A program made the translations under genes and the position numbers. A stretch of DNA of 63,918 nt, filler included, from Octopus bimaculoides (Eukaryota): the NCBI RefSeq assembly GCF_001194135.2. It is 4 parts of 4 records of this genome, joined end to end, with 100 filler letters (N's around TTAATTAATTAA, not from the genome) between each part and the next. Parts side by side here need not be neighbours in the genome. Positions count along the whole stretch, not along the records: positions 1 to 31,584 come from NC_068984.1; positions 31,685 to 47,443 come from NC_069001.1; 2 more parts are not named here. One strand, written 5' to 3'. Positions within the stretch are counted from its first letter, which is position 1. Every line of letters begins with the position of its first letter. The notes under the pieces are model-generated. The model saw only the letters and a list, made by a program, of their open reading frames with translations, was not told the DNA's origin and made no database searches. This document shows positions 24,661 through 37,899 of this stretch, in pieces.

Positions 24661-27600
24661 AACAACAATAGTAATTAAAATGTCTAAAGCCTAATCATGA
24701 CAGCAAATATGAGTTGGTGAAACGACCACCTCTTCTCAGTCGCGACATGACATGTAATGCTGCTCCTTTTCTTTTTTGATCCAAAAAGGGCATTATTAGA
24801 CTAAGCAGTTTGAAATCACATGTCCTGTGGTAGCAGAACCTTCAGCTCAATGACCTTAGAACACCAGACCCAGCGGTCGTCTGTTAGCCGAAACGGTCTC
24901 AGCTGTCATCCTCTGCACACTATGTTTTTGCAAACTCAACGTATTTTCAAGTTGCCCAGGATTGGCAGGTGAAATCAGTGCTGTTTTAGAAATTTCTGCG
25001 CTGGACTTCGTGATACTGACAATATTTGTTGACGCAAGAAGTAAGTTCTTGGTAGTGGACGAGACCATCGACGAAAGACAAATTTTCAATTACGTCGCTA
25101 TTAACGATCCCACAGCGATTAGGCGGCCAGGTTTACTTTAGCGTTTTGAGGACTCCGTAGTAAAATTACATTCATTCTTTAGTGTTAATGAATGATTGAA
25201 ACGACATATAGAAATACTTTTGGACAGTATGGTCGTAGCTGGTAGAAGCGATAGAGGCAGGGTAAAAAAGCGTCGAATATCTGCTCAGACTTAAGTAAAC
25301 GGAGATTTGACTGCATTCCACAATGCACTCATAGAGACAGAACTGGCCACAAATGTTGATGTGGATGGTATCTAGATAGAATATTTCAGACCATTTCTTA
25401 GTGATCATCTCTTAGTGATCATCTCTTAGTGATCGGCTAAATAGAACAGGAGCATGTTATCTCTACATTCGAAATTGAAACCCTTGATTGATAGAGATGA
25501 TTTCATTGGAAGCTAAAAGCTGCTTCCCGTTTGCATCAAAATTACACGGATATGATTTGCAAATTTGTAATCGAGTGTTGACAACACAAACATTACAAAC
25601 GCATAGTAGTTAGTGTTAAAACAGAGATTAGAGTAGATTCAATAAGGTTTAGAGAGGAAATGCGTGTAGGAAATCTAGACGAGGAGGAAACCGAGTTAGA
25701 GTTTTGGATGAGGCGCCCAGAACAGGTACAATGACAATCATGGTAACAGCAAGTTTGGTTGTCAACCAGTTTTTCAAAAGGATGCTCTGATTGCTTTTAT
25801 TTTACAAGAGCTATGATACATGATCTAAGACATCTAATAAAGATATTCATTTGCTGGAACTAGACAAAGGCAAATGTCAAGGCTCTAAAAGAGGTTTGGA
25901 AAGCGGTTGGAGTTTTATGTCGTGTGACTGAATGATGACGCTTTGATATGCACTGAAACAGATTAGCACACAGCCTTGTTTTCTCTAAGTGTGAGTAATG
26001 AACCCGTCATTGTTTGAGTCCTTACAATTTTAAATCAATCTTTTGAGCGGCTAAGATGCATCACCGCAACATGCGTTATTATCTTCAAGATACTTGCGAA
26101 AGCATATCACCAAAAGCATTTACACTCAGAATATATTTGTTAGAAATGAAAGCAAAAAGGAATATACAATGTACATAACCGAGCAAGTATTTTGTTACCA
26201 TTCTTTAATGGTCTCCATGAAATATTAGTGACGTACGGTTAAATTTAACCTACTTGTGCTACTGTAAAGTAGAATCCCTCGACAGTTCATTCATGCGTTC
26301 GATGTACGACTAAAATCAGAATTTACATACCCCAAAAATTTATAACAATTATATATTGATGTGAAAATATATAAATCTTAGAACTCACACATATATAGTC
26401 ATTAATTCTTCAAAATTCAAACAAGTTAAATGCAAGTTAAGGCTTCCATGATGGCCTTTCGAAAGGAAAAGTGTCAGTCTTAATGCTTACATATTAGCGA
26501 AACATGTAGCTTTTATTCATTATTTTTCAGCGCCTCTGCAGATTTTGAATATCTAATACGATCTACGCAGGTTCTTCATAGGAAAAAAGGCGGCTTGCTA
26601 CTGTAATGTATCTGCCCTACATTCGATGTAGGACTACATTCTGATTATCCTCAAATCATCAAAGGTACTTAAATCGGTAATTTTTATTTCACCATCCTCC
26701 CGTTGTTTATCAGATACCTCCTTTTTCTCAATTGCATTCGTTATTTTTCTCATATTATTTGACATGTAAGCCCTATCTGCTTGCAGTATTGTTCGTTCTA
26801 TTTTTCGTAATTTTAAATGCATTGTGTACTTTGTGTCTGTGCGAGTTGTTTGAGTGTGTGAGTGCGCGCACGCCCGTGAAAACATACATGTAGCATGTGT
26901 GTGTCATGTGTGTGCTTTAACGATATTTTTTTCGATTGCGCGCGTAAACATGCGATATCAAATTATCGGAAGACAAGTGTTTGCATACCTTTCTTTCAAT
27001 TCAAAGTGAATAATTGACACGACATCTTATAAAACATTCATATAAGCCTAAGTTGCCAACAATCCGCAATGTAGAACATTGGAGAGAAAAATGTAATTTT
27101 CCTTTTAGATTGTGAAAATATTTGTCGTAATCTGTCTTAGCAAACAACTGGCATTTATATTAGTTTGTTCAATATATATTTCACTATCGAATGATTATTT
27201 GAAAGAAGAAGCAAAATGCTTATGTGCTTATTTGTAATTATTGGTCTCCGCACAGAGGAATTGTTTCGTTTAATCTACTTAATTTACCACTGACAGACTG
27301 AACATGCATTTTCTCTTTCATTAACAAATCCTGTTCCAAATTTAAAAATCACTATTTCATTGTATTTTAATTGGTGGCATGCTCTTTAGTAAAATCTCAT
27401 TTTAGATATTCACGGAATATTGCAAATTTGTGTTTTGGTATTCCATGAATAATCAAGCAGCCAATTATTCATCAACTTGCGACGTAGAATTCACAATCAT
27501 TATAGTTAAACTGTATCATTTACTGCATTCAAATAAAAAAATCATTTCTTTGCTCTTGTTCGCTTGATTTTTTTTTTTTTTTTGCATAAGGAACCCTGAT

Positions 27601-29100
27601 TATGATATTGATGTATGGCAAATAAAATGTATATTCTTGTATAAAATTAAGCTTACACTTATCGCCACGGGGAAAGTTGATGTGTTTAATACTGGAAAGC
27701 GTTAATGTTATTCTTTGATTGGAGATCTTGCTTGAATTTTCTTTTAAGCATGATTAGCTATAGAATGTCTCATTTAAAGACTACAAACGTTTGTTCCTTT
27801 TTCATCATTGACGCTAGAAATTGTGTGATTTTTATCAGGAAGGAAACACACAATATATCTTTATAATTAGTAGTGTTATCATAAAAATATTGAAGCTAAT
27901 TTGAATATCAAAGAACGTCGCAAGATAATTCACTAGTATATAATACGTTTTATATGTATATATATATATATGTGTGTATACACATATGCATATATATATA
28001 TGTATATATNNNNNNNNNNNNNNNNNNNNNNNNNNNNNNNNNNNNNNNNNNNNNNNNNNNNNNNNNNNNNNNNNNNNNNNNNNNNNNNNNNNNNNNNNNN
28101 NNNNNNNNNNNNNNNNNNNNNNNNNNNNNNNNNNNNNNNNNNNNNNNNNNNNNNNNNNNNNTATATATATATATATATATATTGATAGGAAGGACAACAA
28201 AAGAAATAAAGAGATCTAGATATTATGTAAACAGAGGAATTTATCTGTAAAAATATGTGATAATTATTCGGTAGCCATGATAAAACTCCGAGTTTCGAGC
28301 CATTGAATATTCCTGTGATTTATATATATAATAGATGTATGTGCGTGTATATGGGAGGTTTAAGTGTGTGTGAATTGGGGCAGCGTTTGAAGCTGAAGTG
28401 TCAGTTTGTTTCGCAGACTGAGTTCCCCGGATTATGCCTGTGCTTGTTATTATGATCCAGTGGATTATAATATAGTCTTGTAGTGCTGAATTAGGTAAAC
28501 GGATACTGTTTGTAAATCGATCTGTTGAAACTTATACGTATTTCAAATTCTCTTCACCACACTTGTGCTTACTGCTCAAAAGAATATCATGGATGTGAGT
28601 GAAGATGGATGAGACTGCAGATGGACGTGGGTGCTGGATATGATGAATGAAACTGGAGGTTATTTAATTTAACAGAAACTAAAGAGCTCACGTGAGATTT
28701 ACACATAAGTACACACATGTGTACGTGTTAATGTGTGGGCACTCGCACGCGATTTCTGTATGTGTGCTATGCACAATAAAACAAGTATTACATGAAATAT
28801 CTATCTGTGCATCATAGTTAATGTAAATTCACCATTGAAGGGCAAATATAATTCGGTATTCCTCCAAGGATAAGGCAAAACCTTATTACTCTAGCGAAAA
28901 CTATACATTTTGGATTAAAAACTAAAGTAAAACAACAGATTACAATCCCTAACATAAACATCTGGTCAGCAGTTTAGCCTATAAAGATAAGTTCTGGCAT
29001 ACTGAGTAGAAATATAGGATTTACTATGAAAATCTATTGTACCTAACTTAGTATACATTACATTCGTTCGAAAAACATTTTCTTATTTGTGTTCATTATA

Positions 29101-29510
29101 TTGGGTGATTTTATAAGTAATGCGGTTTTTGCACTTGCATGAACTAAAAGCAGGTAGTAATTTTACCTTGTACTTCTTCCTAGTGCAAGTTTTGAAGAGA
29201 GAGTGCAGTTCGATTTTGACAGCTATTTTTTCAATGCTCAAAGGAGCATATTCGTCATATTTTGCTTTATGAGTTCAATAAGGGCAGGGTTCTGACAATA
29301 AATGTAAACCAGTGTCAAAGGTGGTTCCAGAATTTAAGAGCCGGAAACTACAGCCTAGAGGATGAGCCTCGATGGGAAGATCTGTAGAGTTAAACGAGGA
29401 CATTCTTCAAACCCTGGAGGAGCAACATCCCATTATAACGTTTGAGGAACTAGCGTAAGGGCTTGGATTTGGTCATTCAACCATTCATAATCGACCATCT
29501 TTGGTTTCAG
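29101..29510 (+). mobile_element. Mariner 5' fragment (second family)
   Basis: TA followed by TIR-like ttgggtgattttataagtaatgcggttttt; KEHIRHILLYEFNKG, QCQRWFQNLRAGNYSLEDEPR, VELNEDILQTLEEQHPIITFEELA. Confidence 0.85.
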
Positions 29511-29605
29511 GCGAAAGGTGGTGGTGGTGGTGGTGGTTGTGGTGGTGTTGGTGGTGTTGGTGGTTGTGGTGGTGGTGGTGGTGGCGGTGGTGGTGNNNNN
29601 NNNNN

Positions 29606-29750
29606 TAAACGAGGACATTCTTCAAACCCTGGAGGAGCAACATCCCATTATAACGTTTGAGGAACTAGCGTAAGGGCTTGGATTTGGTCATTCAACCATT
29701 CATAATCGACCATCTTTGGTTTCAGGCGAAAGGTGGTGGTGGTGGTGGTG
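29606..29750 (+). other. Exact repeat of 29391-29530 after a 10-N gap (probable contig-overlap artefact)
   Basis: Identical sequence on both sides of a minimal gap that sits at a (GGT)n tract. Confidence 0.75.
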
Positions 29751-31584
29751 ATGAATAGTTTATTGATCAACATCATGAAAATCGTAATTACAATCCTCAA
29801 TATAGGGCATATTTAAATACCAGATGTTTTGTAGCTATCCAATAGGTCATCTACATTATTTGAAACCTAATGATGAATTTATATCTCTTGGGTCCGAGAA
29901 TGATTCATCAGGTGCCCCAGGAAATGTAGTGGCGTCACCAGCATTACTGACTTGTAGGGCTACAAAATTGGACTATATTGCAAAGAAGCATGTTATAGTC
30001 TTTACCCATTTATATTTGGGAATGAGCTGAAATTATTGCAAAATATTGATGCATTTTACTTCTTGTCACAATATGTAAAGTAGTGTTAGATACTATCATT
30101 TATGAAATATGGTAATTGTATTACAAATAATAGAAGCAAGCGAAGAAAACTGAGAATGATACGATTAGACCAACTCGGCCTGGTAATTCAATAATCGTCT
30201 TATGTTCACATCGGTTATATGAATGTGCATTCAATGTTAAATATTCAATAAGATTGTATGCACAAAATGTAAGCAAATTAAGCAATTTAGAATTAACATG
30301 ACACTAAAATACAATGCTTGTCTATCATTTTTTAGCGCTTTGCATTAGCAGTTTGGGCATATCAAACCAATTTGTGTGAAAAGATTTCAACAGCAGAAAG
30401 AGGTTGAGACACACAGTCTGCCATGTACGGGATTGTATACGGTAGTACATCATCACTAAGTTAATGTCATATTATTAGTGGTGGAACGCCGATAAATGAG
30501 TAAATATTAAAGACAAAATTTAAAACAACAGTATTTACATTAGTACAATATTATACAATCTAAATCTTGAAATGAGTTATTCATTATGGAGCAGGGTCAA
30601 TAAAAATGAATTATTTAATGAATTTAAATTAAGTTTAGAAAACATTTAGCATTTCAGATTAAATAATTTCTATCTCGATCATGGAAAAAGCAGTTACGTT
30701 TGGATTAATTTTCACAGATATCCTGAATATATAACATTAATATTAAATTTAATATAATTTATTTTAGTGCAGTTGTCTACATTGTTAATGTTCTTGGTAT
30801 GATTCTAATGATAATAGAGATGACAGAATTAATTAATAAGAACGCTATATTATTAAGTACTTGTTGAATACAGTTCCCTATCGTTCTAAATTGAACATAA
30901 ATATCAAATTGGCATATATCTTATGAGGAGAGGAATTTGCACTATCGTTGTAAAATCATAGGTCATACTAGACAGTGTTTCACGACTTTTACGCCGCAAG
31001 TTCAAACAGTACGAAGATAAGTTGTCGTTAATTTTAACAGCTCAGATAAGATTCAATACCAATTACCTGAATATTGCGTAATGTATCATGGCAGTCTTCC
31101 CGGCTTTTAGTGGTTGAATGATTAGAAGACGTGGTGAACGTTTGCATATCTACTGGTGTCGGAGAGTGACTTGATTAATATAAAGCAAAGGTAAAAGGAA
31201 ATTCTCGTTGTGTTGTCTCACGAAAATAAGAACAACAAATATCATTTTTAAAGGGTCAAACAAACATATAAAGTGAAATATCGGGGCACAGAATGCATTT
31301 CATTGACATTGACTCACTGTTGCCAATCTCTGCGTTACTTCCTACAACAGAAAGCTAACTCAATAAACATGGGTCTTCCACAATAAACAGAGACAAACAA
31401 TGTAGTAACCTGCTGCATATAAATAACAGACCTTCATGTGTGTGTTTTATGTGTTTGTTGTATAACTATATATATATTTATATGTACTGATATATATAAT
31501 ATATATACATATATATGTACATATAAATATATATAAATATGTATACATATATGTATATATATATATGCACACACACACACACAC

Positions 31585-31684
31585 NNNNNNNNNNNNNNNN
31601 NNNNNNNNNNNNNNNNNNNNNNNNNNNNTTAATTAATTAANNNNNNNNNNNNNNNNNNNNNNNNNNNNNNNNNNNNNNNNNNNN
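31585..31684. other. Artificial scaffold-join linker (44N-TTAATTAATTAA-44N)
   Basis: Exactly 100 bp with six-frame-stop palindrome; same layout at 47444 and 58703. Confidence 0.9.
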
Positions 31685-31963
31685 CTGCTGCAGGATTGCC
31701 ACCCTTGCGCTGACAATCCATTAGTGTAAGGGAGATTACTTCTATAAGAAGAAGGGATGTTATATGTTCATATCTATGTGCATGCATAGGTATACGTATA
31801 TATAAATACATCTTCACTAGTAGTACTATTTCGTTAAGCGCATCTACTAAGCAGTATGAACTGTGTTTAAGGCAGATACGCACAGCGTGTATCACTCCGC
31901 TATAGACACTGTTTGTAAACATGTCAAATAAAGTAAACACGTAGAAACATAACATACCTTCAG

Positions 31964-32154
31964 TGAGTTGTTTATTATCCCACAAAGAACAAAAGAATAC
32001 ATAACAGTTGTCCCAAGAATTTGTCGATTCCATTCCCTGCTTATGAAATGGGATATGGTATTGTCTATCTTTCATTTGAACCTTCTGATGACAGTTCGCC
32101 ACGTTTCGATCTGCGCCTTTCTTTGCTCGTTCTGTGCTCAGCAGTCCATGCTAT
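31964..32154 (+). CDS. Candidate exon, strand and frame ambiguous
   Basis: Plus: ccttcag| ... ctat|gtaagt with two largely open frames. Minus: cttacatag| ... gaag|gtatgt, also open. No homology recognised. Confidence 0.3.
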
Positions 32155-32639
32155 GTAAGTACAAATCCCAGCGCTTTATCGGTTAATTTGCATGCTGTAA
32201 AGTATAAACGACTTGTAACACTTCTACCGACAGTCCAAGGATTTAAGAGAAAAACTGAAAACTTAACAACAATCTAGATAAAGGAACTGAAATATGAGAA
32301 TGTTATCTTTCACAGACATATAAATATCTATGAATCACTATATCAGATGGTGTACATCACACACAAATGAAAGGAAAACATTATGGAATATTAAAAATTA
32401 TAGGCAGTAATAGTCAGTAATATATTATAGGCAGTAATATTCAGTAACATATTATAGGTAGTAATAGTTAGAAATATATTATATACAGTTGAATGCTAAA
32501 TGACTAGAAGGAACCAAAAAAAATTATTATTTCTACTCTAGGCACAAGGCCTTGAAAATTTTGGGGGGAAGGGGGCTAGGCGATTACATCGACCCCAGTG
32601 CGTAACTGGTACATATTTTATCGGCTAAAATCCAAGAGG

Positions 32640-33330
32640 AAATTAACGATGGCAAGAAAATTCATATATAGCCAATATCTGAAAATATTGAACAGGACAG
32701 AAATAGACAAGGAAAAATTGCAATACTGACTGAAAAGTACAGGAGATAAAGTTTTGAGTGAAGGATACTTGATCGCAGCGCACTGCCAAAACCTCCTGTC
32801 TGGACACTGCCTAGAGCGTATAATAAAGTAAAATACATTAAGTGATTGCAGAAGATATGAAAATTAATAAAAGTTAACCAAATTATTTTGGCTGCTCGGT
32901 GTTAGCAAAAACAAACAAACACATTCACAGAGTTACTGAGTTAGGACTTACATGCTGTGGAAGCTAGGTCAAAATTATGAAATATCAACAGAAAATAGTT
33001 ATAATGTTTTCAATAGGACGCTAAATGAAGTTTCAAGGGTAGGCACAAAAGTAAAATAGAAAGAAAATAATGATTACATTTAGCATACACCAAAAAACGC
33101 CGCAGAGAACGAGAAAGTGACTAAATGTTTTGATATGCCAATAAGAACAGACAGGATGATGAAGGATAATCGAGCACATATTGTCCTTAAAAAGAGCAGG
33201 GAAAATGTCTCATAATCAAAGTCGCGATTTGATAATAGATACATGATATTGTATCGAGAAATTGAGGAAAATTTATCCAAATATAAAGATCACAAAATAA
33301 TAGAGATAACGTGATAAAAACAGAAACAAT
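32640..33330 (+). mobile_element. Heavily decayed R4/Dong-like post-RT/REL fragment
   Basis: YSQYLKILNRTEIDKEKLQY*LKSTGDKVLSEGYLIAAH and AENEKVTKCFDMPIRTDRMMKDNRAHIVLK. Confidence 0.65.
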
Positions 33331-33539
33331 CTCTATCAGAATATGACAGAAAATGATAAAGGGAGTGGAATTACATAACCTAAACCTCAGGACTTATAAA
33401 TATGCAACAGCGAATATAAAATAGCATTACGAGGCATCATGCACACATTATATAGAGCACTCTCAATACAAGAGAATTAACAAAATCAAAGCAGAACACC
33501 GTACAAACCCAACACACATACAGTACCGATATTGACGAA

Positions 33540-33900
33540 ATACATCAACCATTTCATGATACGATGGGAAGCCTCAATATCTTTAGAAGGGGCAATCAAT
33601 ACGAGTACTATACGCATAATAAAAGGGATCTTTCAAGAAGAATCAATATTCCATTTACTCTTTTGCCTAGTACTAATCCTGTGAACAAGCCATCTCTTCT
33701 ATATGGATGACTTGAAGATATTTACAAAGGACAATATCGAGCTGGGATTAGACAATCGAGCCAAAGCTTTCATAATAAGAGGCAACTTAAACTAAAATTA
33801 CTCAAACTAAAATTACTCAAACTAAAATTACTATACGAGGGTATCGAAATCAGAGAATTAAACAAGAAACAAGCATGCAAATAAGAGGAGGGGAAACCGA
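33540..33900 (+). mobile_element. Decayed R4-type RT fragment
   Basis: IKGIFQEESIFHLLFCLVL...HLFYMDDLKIFTKD...LGLDNRAKAFIIRGNL. Confidence 0.7.
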
Positions 33901-35656
33901 CAAAATCAAAAAAGAATATCACAGAAAACTCAGGATAATATTAAGTTTTAATTTAATAGTAGTAATTTGATATTTGGCATAAATATGATAGTCATTCCAG
34001 TTATAAATTACATCTTCAACAGAAAAAAAAGTGAATAAACTATCCAAATGCACGTGTTTTCAAATTCAACTAAGGAGGATGTGGAGCATGAAAATAAAAT
34101 AGTACTAAAAACAATGAAAGCATACGTTCAAAAACATGTTAGCCACACTAGGGTTCACAATGCTACATACAATCCAAACTCTAGCACTGTTATGTACAGC
34201 CCACCATTCAACGAAACTACACAACACACCCCGAGATAACTGATATCGAGATTCAATGACTCACAGTACACATACTCTATCCGGCTGCAACGCTTAAATT
34301 CCACGCAAACCACAGACTACAGACTGCACACAATAAACTGCTGATACCGGAACACGTGTGATGGGTGGCAGGCGTTATCCGTCACACAGTTGAACACAAC
34401 TTGGCACTGAGGTATCTTCAAGGAAGTCCACTCAGTTGCAAATATTCCTCCATGTCTACAATCTAATGACAACTTTCTCCTATAAAATTGAAACCCATGA
34501 AAAGATATGTGAGCGTTGCCCTTTCCCCACACCACTGAAAGCAAAAACTGAATGGGATTTGAAATATCTGTCTTTTGCTTACCTGTAATGATAACACTTT
34601 TCCAGTCGGAGCATTCTGTAAGGTTTTCTATCTGGCTTATTGTAAGTCCTTAAAGCAGTCAATAAACAGAAGCAGCTGATACAGATTACATTATTATATT
34701 TTGTTACGATCTCTATTGATCGCCTTTTTATCTTTCTTTTTTCTTTCGATGCAGCAGCTGCGTGCGATGAGTAGAATACCGTGTATTGAATAGATCATGC
34801 CGAAACTTGTTTCAGTGCTGGACTGGTTTTTAACTCTGAGTTATGTACAATGTACATAAATTCTCACAATATTTTATATATAATGCAGAATTGTTTCGCT
34901 GTCGGTTGTGTTTTTATACTTATCCTTATAGCTTCGAGCATCGGTATTTTCTATTTAAAATAAGCCCTGTTGCGACATAAAAAAAAAAAAAATAAACACA
35001 TTTCTTATTTAAAATGAAACAAAAACAAACGACGACAGAACTTAAATGAGCCGCATTAACAACTGATAGTTATTGCAGATTAGGTATTAGAGGAGATGTT
35101 ACTTCATAATTTAAAAAGTTATCTGAAAAACTGTATAATGCTGATAATTCCTCGTTAAATTATCGTCGTTCAGAAAATGAGCAGTGAAAATAATTACCCT
35201 ATATAATATATAATTTATTATCAATGACGTACGTATATCAAAAGTTAACACAAAAATTCAACCATATATACATAAAAAGCAACGACAAAGGCATCGTTCC
35301 ATTTAATACACATCGTTGGGATAATGCTGTAAAAATATTCAAGAAAAATAAGAAACCGGAAACTAAAAGCTATATAGTTAGTTAAGAGTGAGAGAGAGAG
35401 AGTGAGAGAAAATGTGTGAGAGAGAACACTAGTGGTGAGAGGTCGAAGAGGGGGTTCGCTATTATGTCATGCTGTTAAGTGGCAATATTTTCACAATTGA
35501 CCGTCCCCACTGCTGCCATCCCAAATCCTGCAGTCAGTCGATGTTATTCACCAATTCAAACCTGTTGGCCTTGGGTTTAAATTAGAAACAATTGTGAGAC
35601 AAAAATTTAATGGTGCTTTACTTGACTATTTTCATGTTTCAGGCAATAAGGTTTAT

Positions 35657-36162
35657 AAAAGATATTGGTGTATCTCAGGCAACACGGTCGTGGTCTAGTA
35701 CAGAGAGATGTAACAGGGTAACGCCGTAATAGGATGGTGAGAGGGGGTGCTATACTAAGAGAAGTAAAGTTGAGCTAGGAGGGAAGAATGAACAGGTAGA
35801 AGAAGGAGGTGATACTTGGTTTATTAATGGGGGAACCAAGCACTAAAGGTGGAAGATGGTAGAGTAGAACAATGGAGAGAAAACCGTGACCTGACAAAAT
35901 AGAAAATTGAAAAATGAAGAAAGAAAAATGAGAAAAAATATCAAAAAGTTTTTTAAATATATTAAAATATATCTAAAAAAATATATGAATAGTGAGCAGT
36001 GGGGAAGCCTTTGGAAATCCTCGTTTGAGAAAATCCAGAAAGTTTTTTTTATATCTAATTTCCAAAGTTAAAAGGTTAAAAGGTTCAAAAGTTTAAAAAG
36101 TTTAAAAAGTATAAAAGTTTAGAAAGGTACAACGGTAGATAGACAAATAGATAGATAGACAA

Positions 36163-36223
<61 letters not shown>

Positions 36224-36588
36224 GGTGTGTCGTCTGTGTGTAGTCTTGTTACTAGTTCTAGGGTTAGTGGGTTAAGTGAGCGCTTTCGGATCTATAATCC
36301 TTCGTCAGACTTTACACTTTACATGGTTGTTACTGTTGGCGTTGGTTAGAAGTTCATCATGCAGTTTTGTCAGTTCTCCACAGTTTTCTCTCCATTACTC
36401 TACTCTACCATCTTTCACCCTTAGCCCTTGGTTTCCCTATCGATAAACCGCTACACCCCTCCCCCAAGTATCACCTTCTCCTTCTACCTGTTCATTCTTC
36501 CCTCCTAGCTCAGCTTTACTTCTCTTAGGATAGCACCCCCTCTCACCATCCTACTACGGCGTCACCCTGTCACATCACTCTGTACTAG
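35657..36588. mobile_element. Putative short non-autonomous Penelope-related element with inverted arms and a hammerhead
   Basis: Inverted arms 35694-35899 and 36365-36589; 12-bp direct repeat aataaggtttat at 35645-35656 and 36589-36600; HHR inside. Confidence 0.5.
36271..36315 (-). ncRNA. Minimal type I hammerhead ribozyme, canonical core
   Basis: GUAAAGU-CUGACGA-A-GGAU(UAUAG)AUCC-GAAAGCGCUC-ACUUAAC: all core bases, 4-bp stem II, palindromic stem III AGCGCU, CUC cleavage triplet, stem I with one A.A mismatch. Confidence 0.8.
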
Positions 36589-36779
36589 AATAAGGTTTAT
36601 GTAGCATAAACCGGTTTTAATTTATTCACTGTGTCCCTCAATTTATTTAAAATATGAGAAGCAAATTGAAAAATGTGGAGTGGTAGAATCGCTCAAATTC
36701 CACCGACTCCAATATTGTCTTTTATCCTTACTGGCTCGAAAATATAAAGCACCAATGAAGTGCTGGGTCTATTTGCTCA

Positions 36780-37050
36780 GTAAACCCCACTTCAGGCGAT
36801 GAATTGCCAGAGTCTTTAGAGAGTCGATAAAAATGTCTGAGTGGTATTTCTCTTGGTTCTTTACTTTCCGAGTTCAAATCTTGCAATCAAGTTCTGCAGT
36901 CGATGTTATGTACTAACCACTCCTTCAAACCTGTTGGCCTTGCGCTTAAATTAGTAACAGTTGTTATGCTAGAGACAAAAAATATCTCTCGTTTAATGCT
37001 GTTTCAATTGACTACTTTCATGTTTTGGACACAAAGGTTTATATAAAAAA
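36780..37050 (+). mobile_element. Degenerate family B SINE
   Basis: ggcgatgaattgccagagtc...ccgagttcaaatc...gtcgatgtta...ggccttgcgcttaaattag; tail resembles 35530-35665. Confidence 0.6.
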
Positions 37051-37899
37051 ATTCTATCCATAATGTTATACTCTACTTATGTACCTACGTATTTAGAATA
37101 ATATTATAGATATTATGTTCCATAAATCTTATTATCTAATGTGTAACTTATGTACTAATGTTGGTCTTGGGTACGACATGAAATCGCATCCTGTGGTGAG
37201 GCCCAAGTTTGGAAATTCTGGAGTTGTGGGGATTATGGAGTCACCTTTTAATCACCATTACTCCCAGATCTGTTCTAACACGAAATGGTAATACCTTTCA
37301 GGGTTCCATCTATGAGTTAAATAGCTTTTTATAAGGGTAGATTGAGCTACTTAGCAGCAGTGAAAGCAATCGATCTAGGAGAAGGAAAACTCCAAAATTA
37401 ATAACCACTTCCAACATGCCCTAAACCAGTACGGGAGAGTATGGCTGATGAAACTAACATGATATCTATCATATGGAATAGATTTATACTATGGAGGCAA
37501 CTATCTCATGTTAGTGGTCATTCTTCCGCAGGCGCAGGAAGCGGAAGTGATGATGTACTAATCAATGTTGCCTGGTTAAATGGTTAGTTAAAGGAAGAGT
37601 CAGCGACAGACAGAAGATATATNNNNNNNNNNNNNNNNNNNNNNNNNNNNNNNNNNNNNNNNNNNNNNNNNNNNNNNNNNNNNNNNNNNNNNNNNNNNNN
37701 NNNNNNNNNNNNNNNNNNNNNNNNNNNNNNNNNNNNNNNNNNNNNNNNNNNNNNNNNNNNNNNNNNNNNNNNNNNNNNNNNNNNNNGATAAGTGTGTGAA
37801 ACGGAACATTGTAGCGGTGAGAGGTCGAAGAGAGGGTACGCTATTATGTCATGCAGATTACTGGCAATATTTTCACAATTCACCGGTTCCACTCCTGTA

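Noticed and set aside
24860-25140. hAT-type transposase from FLVVDETID
   Set aside because: Single short motif, no TIRs and no further hAT blocks.
25397-25434. 14-bp tandem cttagtgatcatct; similar short tandems at 32400, 33795, 36085 and 45100
   Set aside because: Ordinary slippage duplications with no further structure.
26634-26885. ORF with QADRAYMS resembling a DDE transposase aDrGY motif
   Set aside because: One weak motif in a short ORF; no other catalytic residues or termini.
28590-28602. ATGGAT|GTGAGT as a first coding exon
   Set aside because: Too short to distinguish from chance, with no linked exon.
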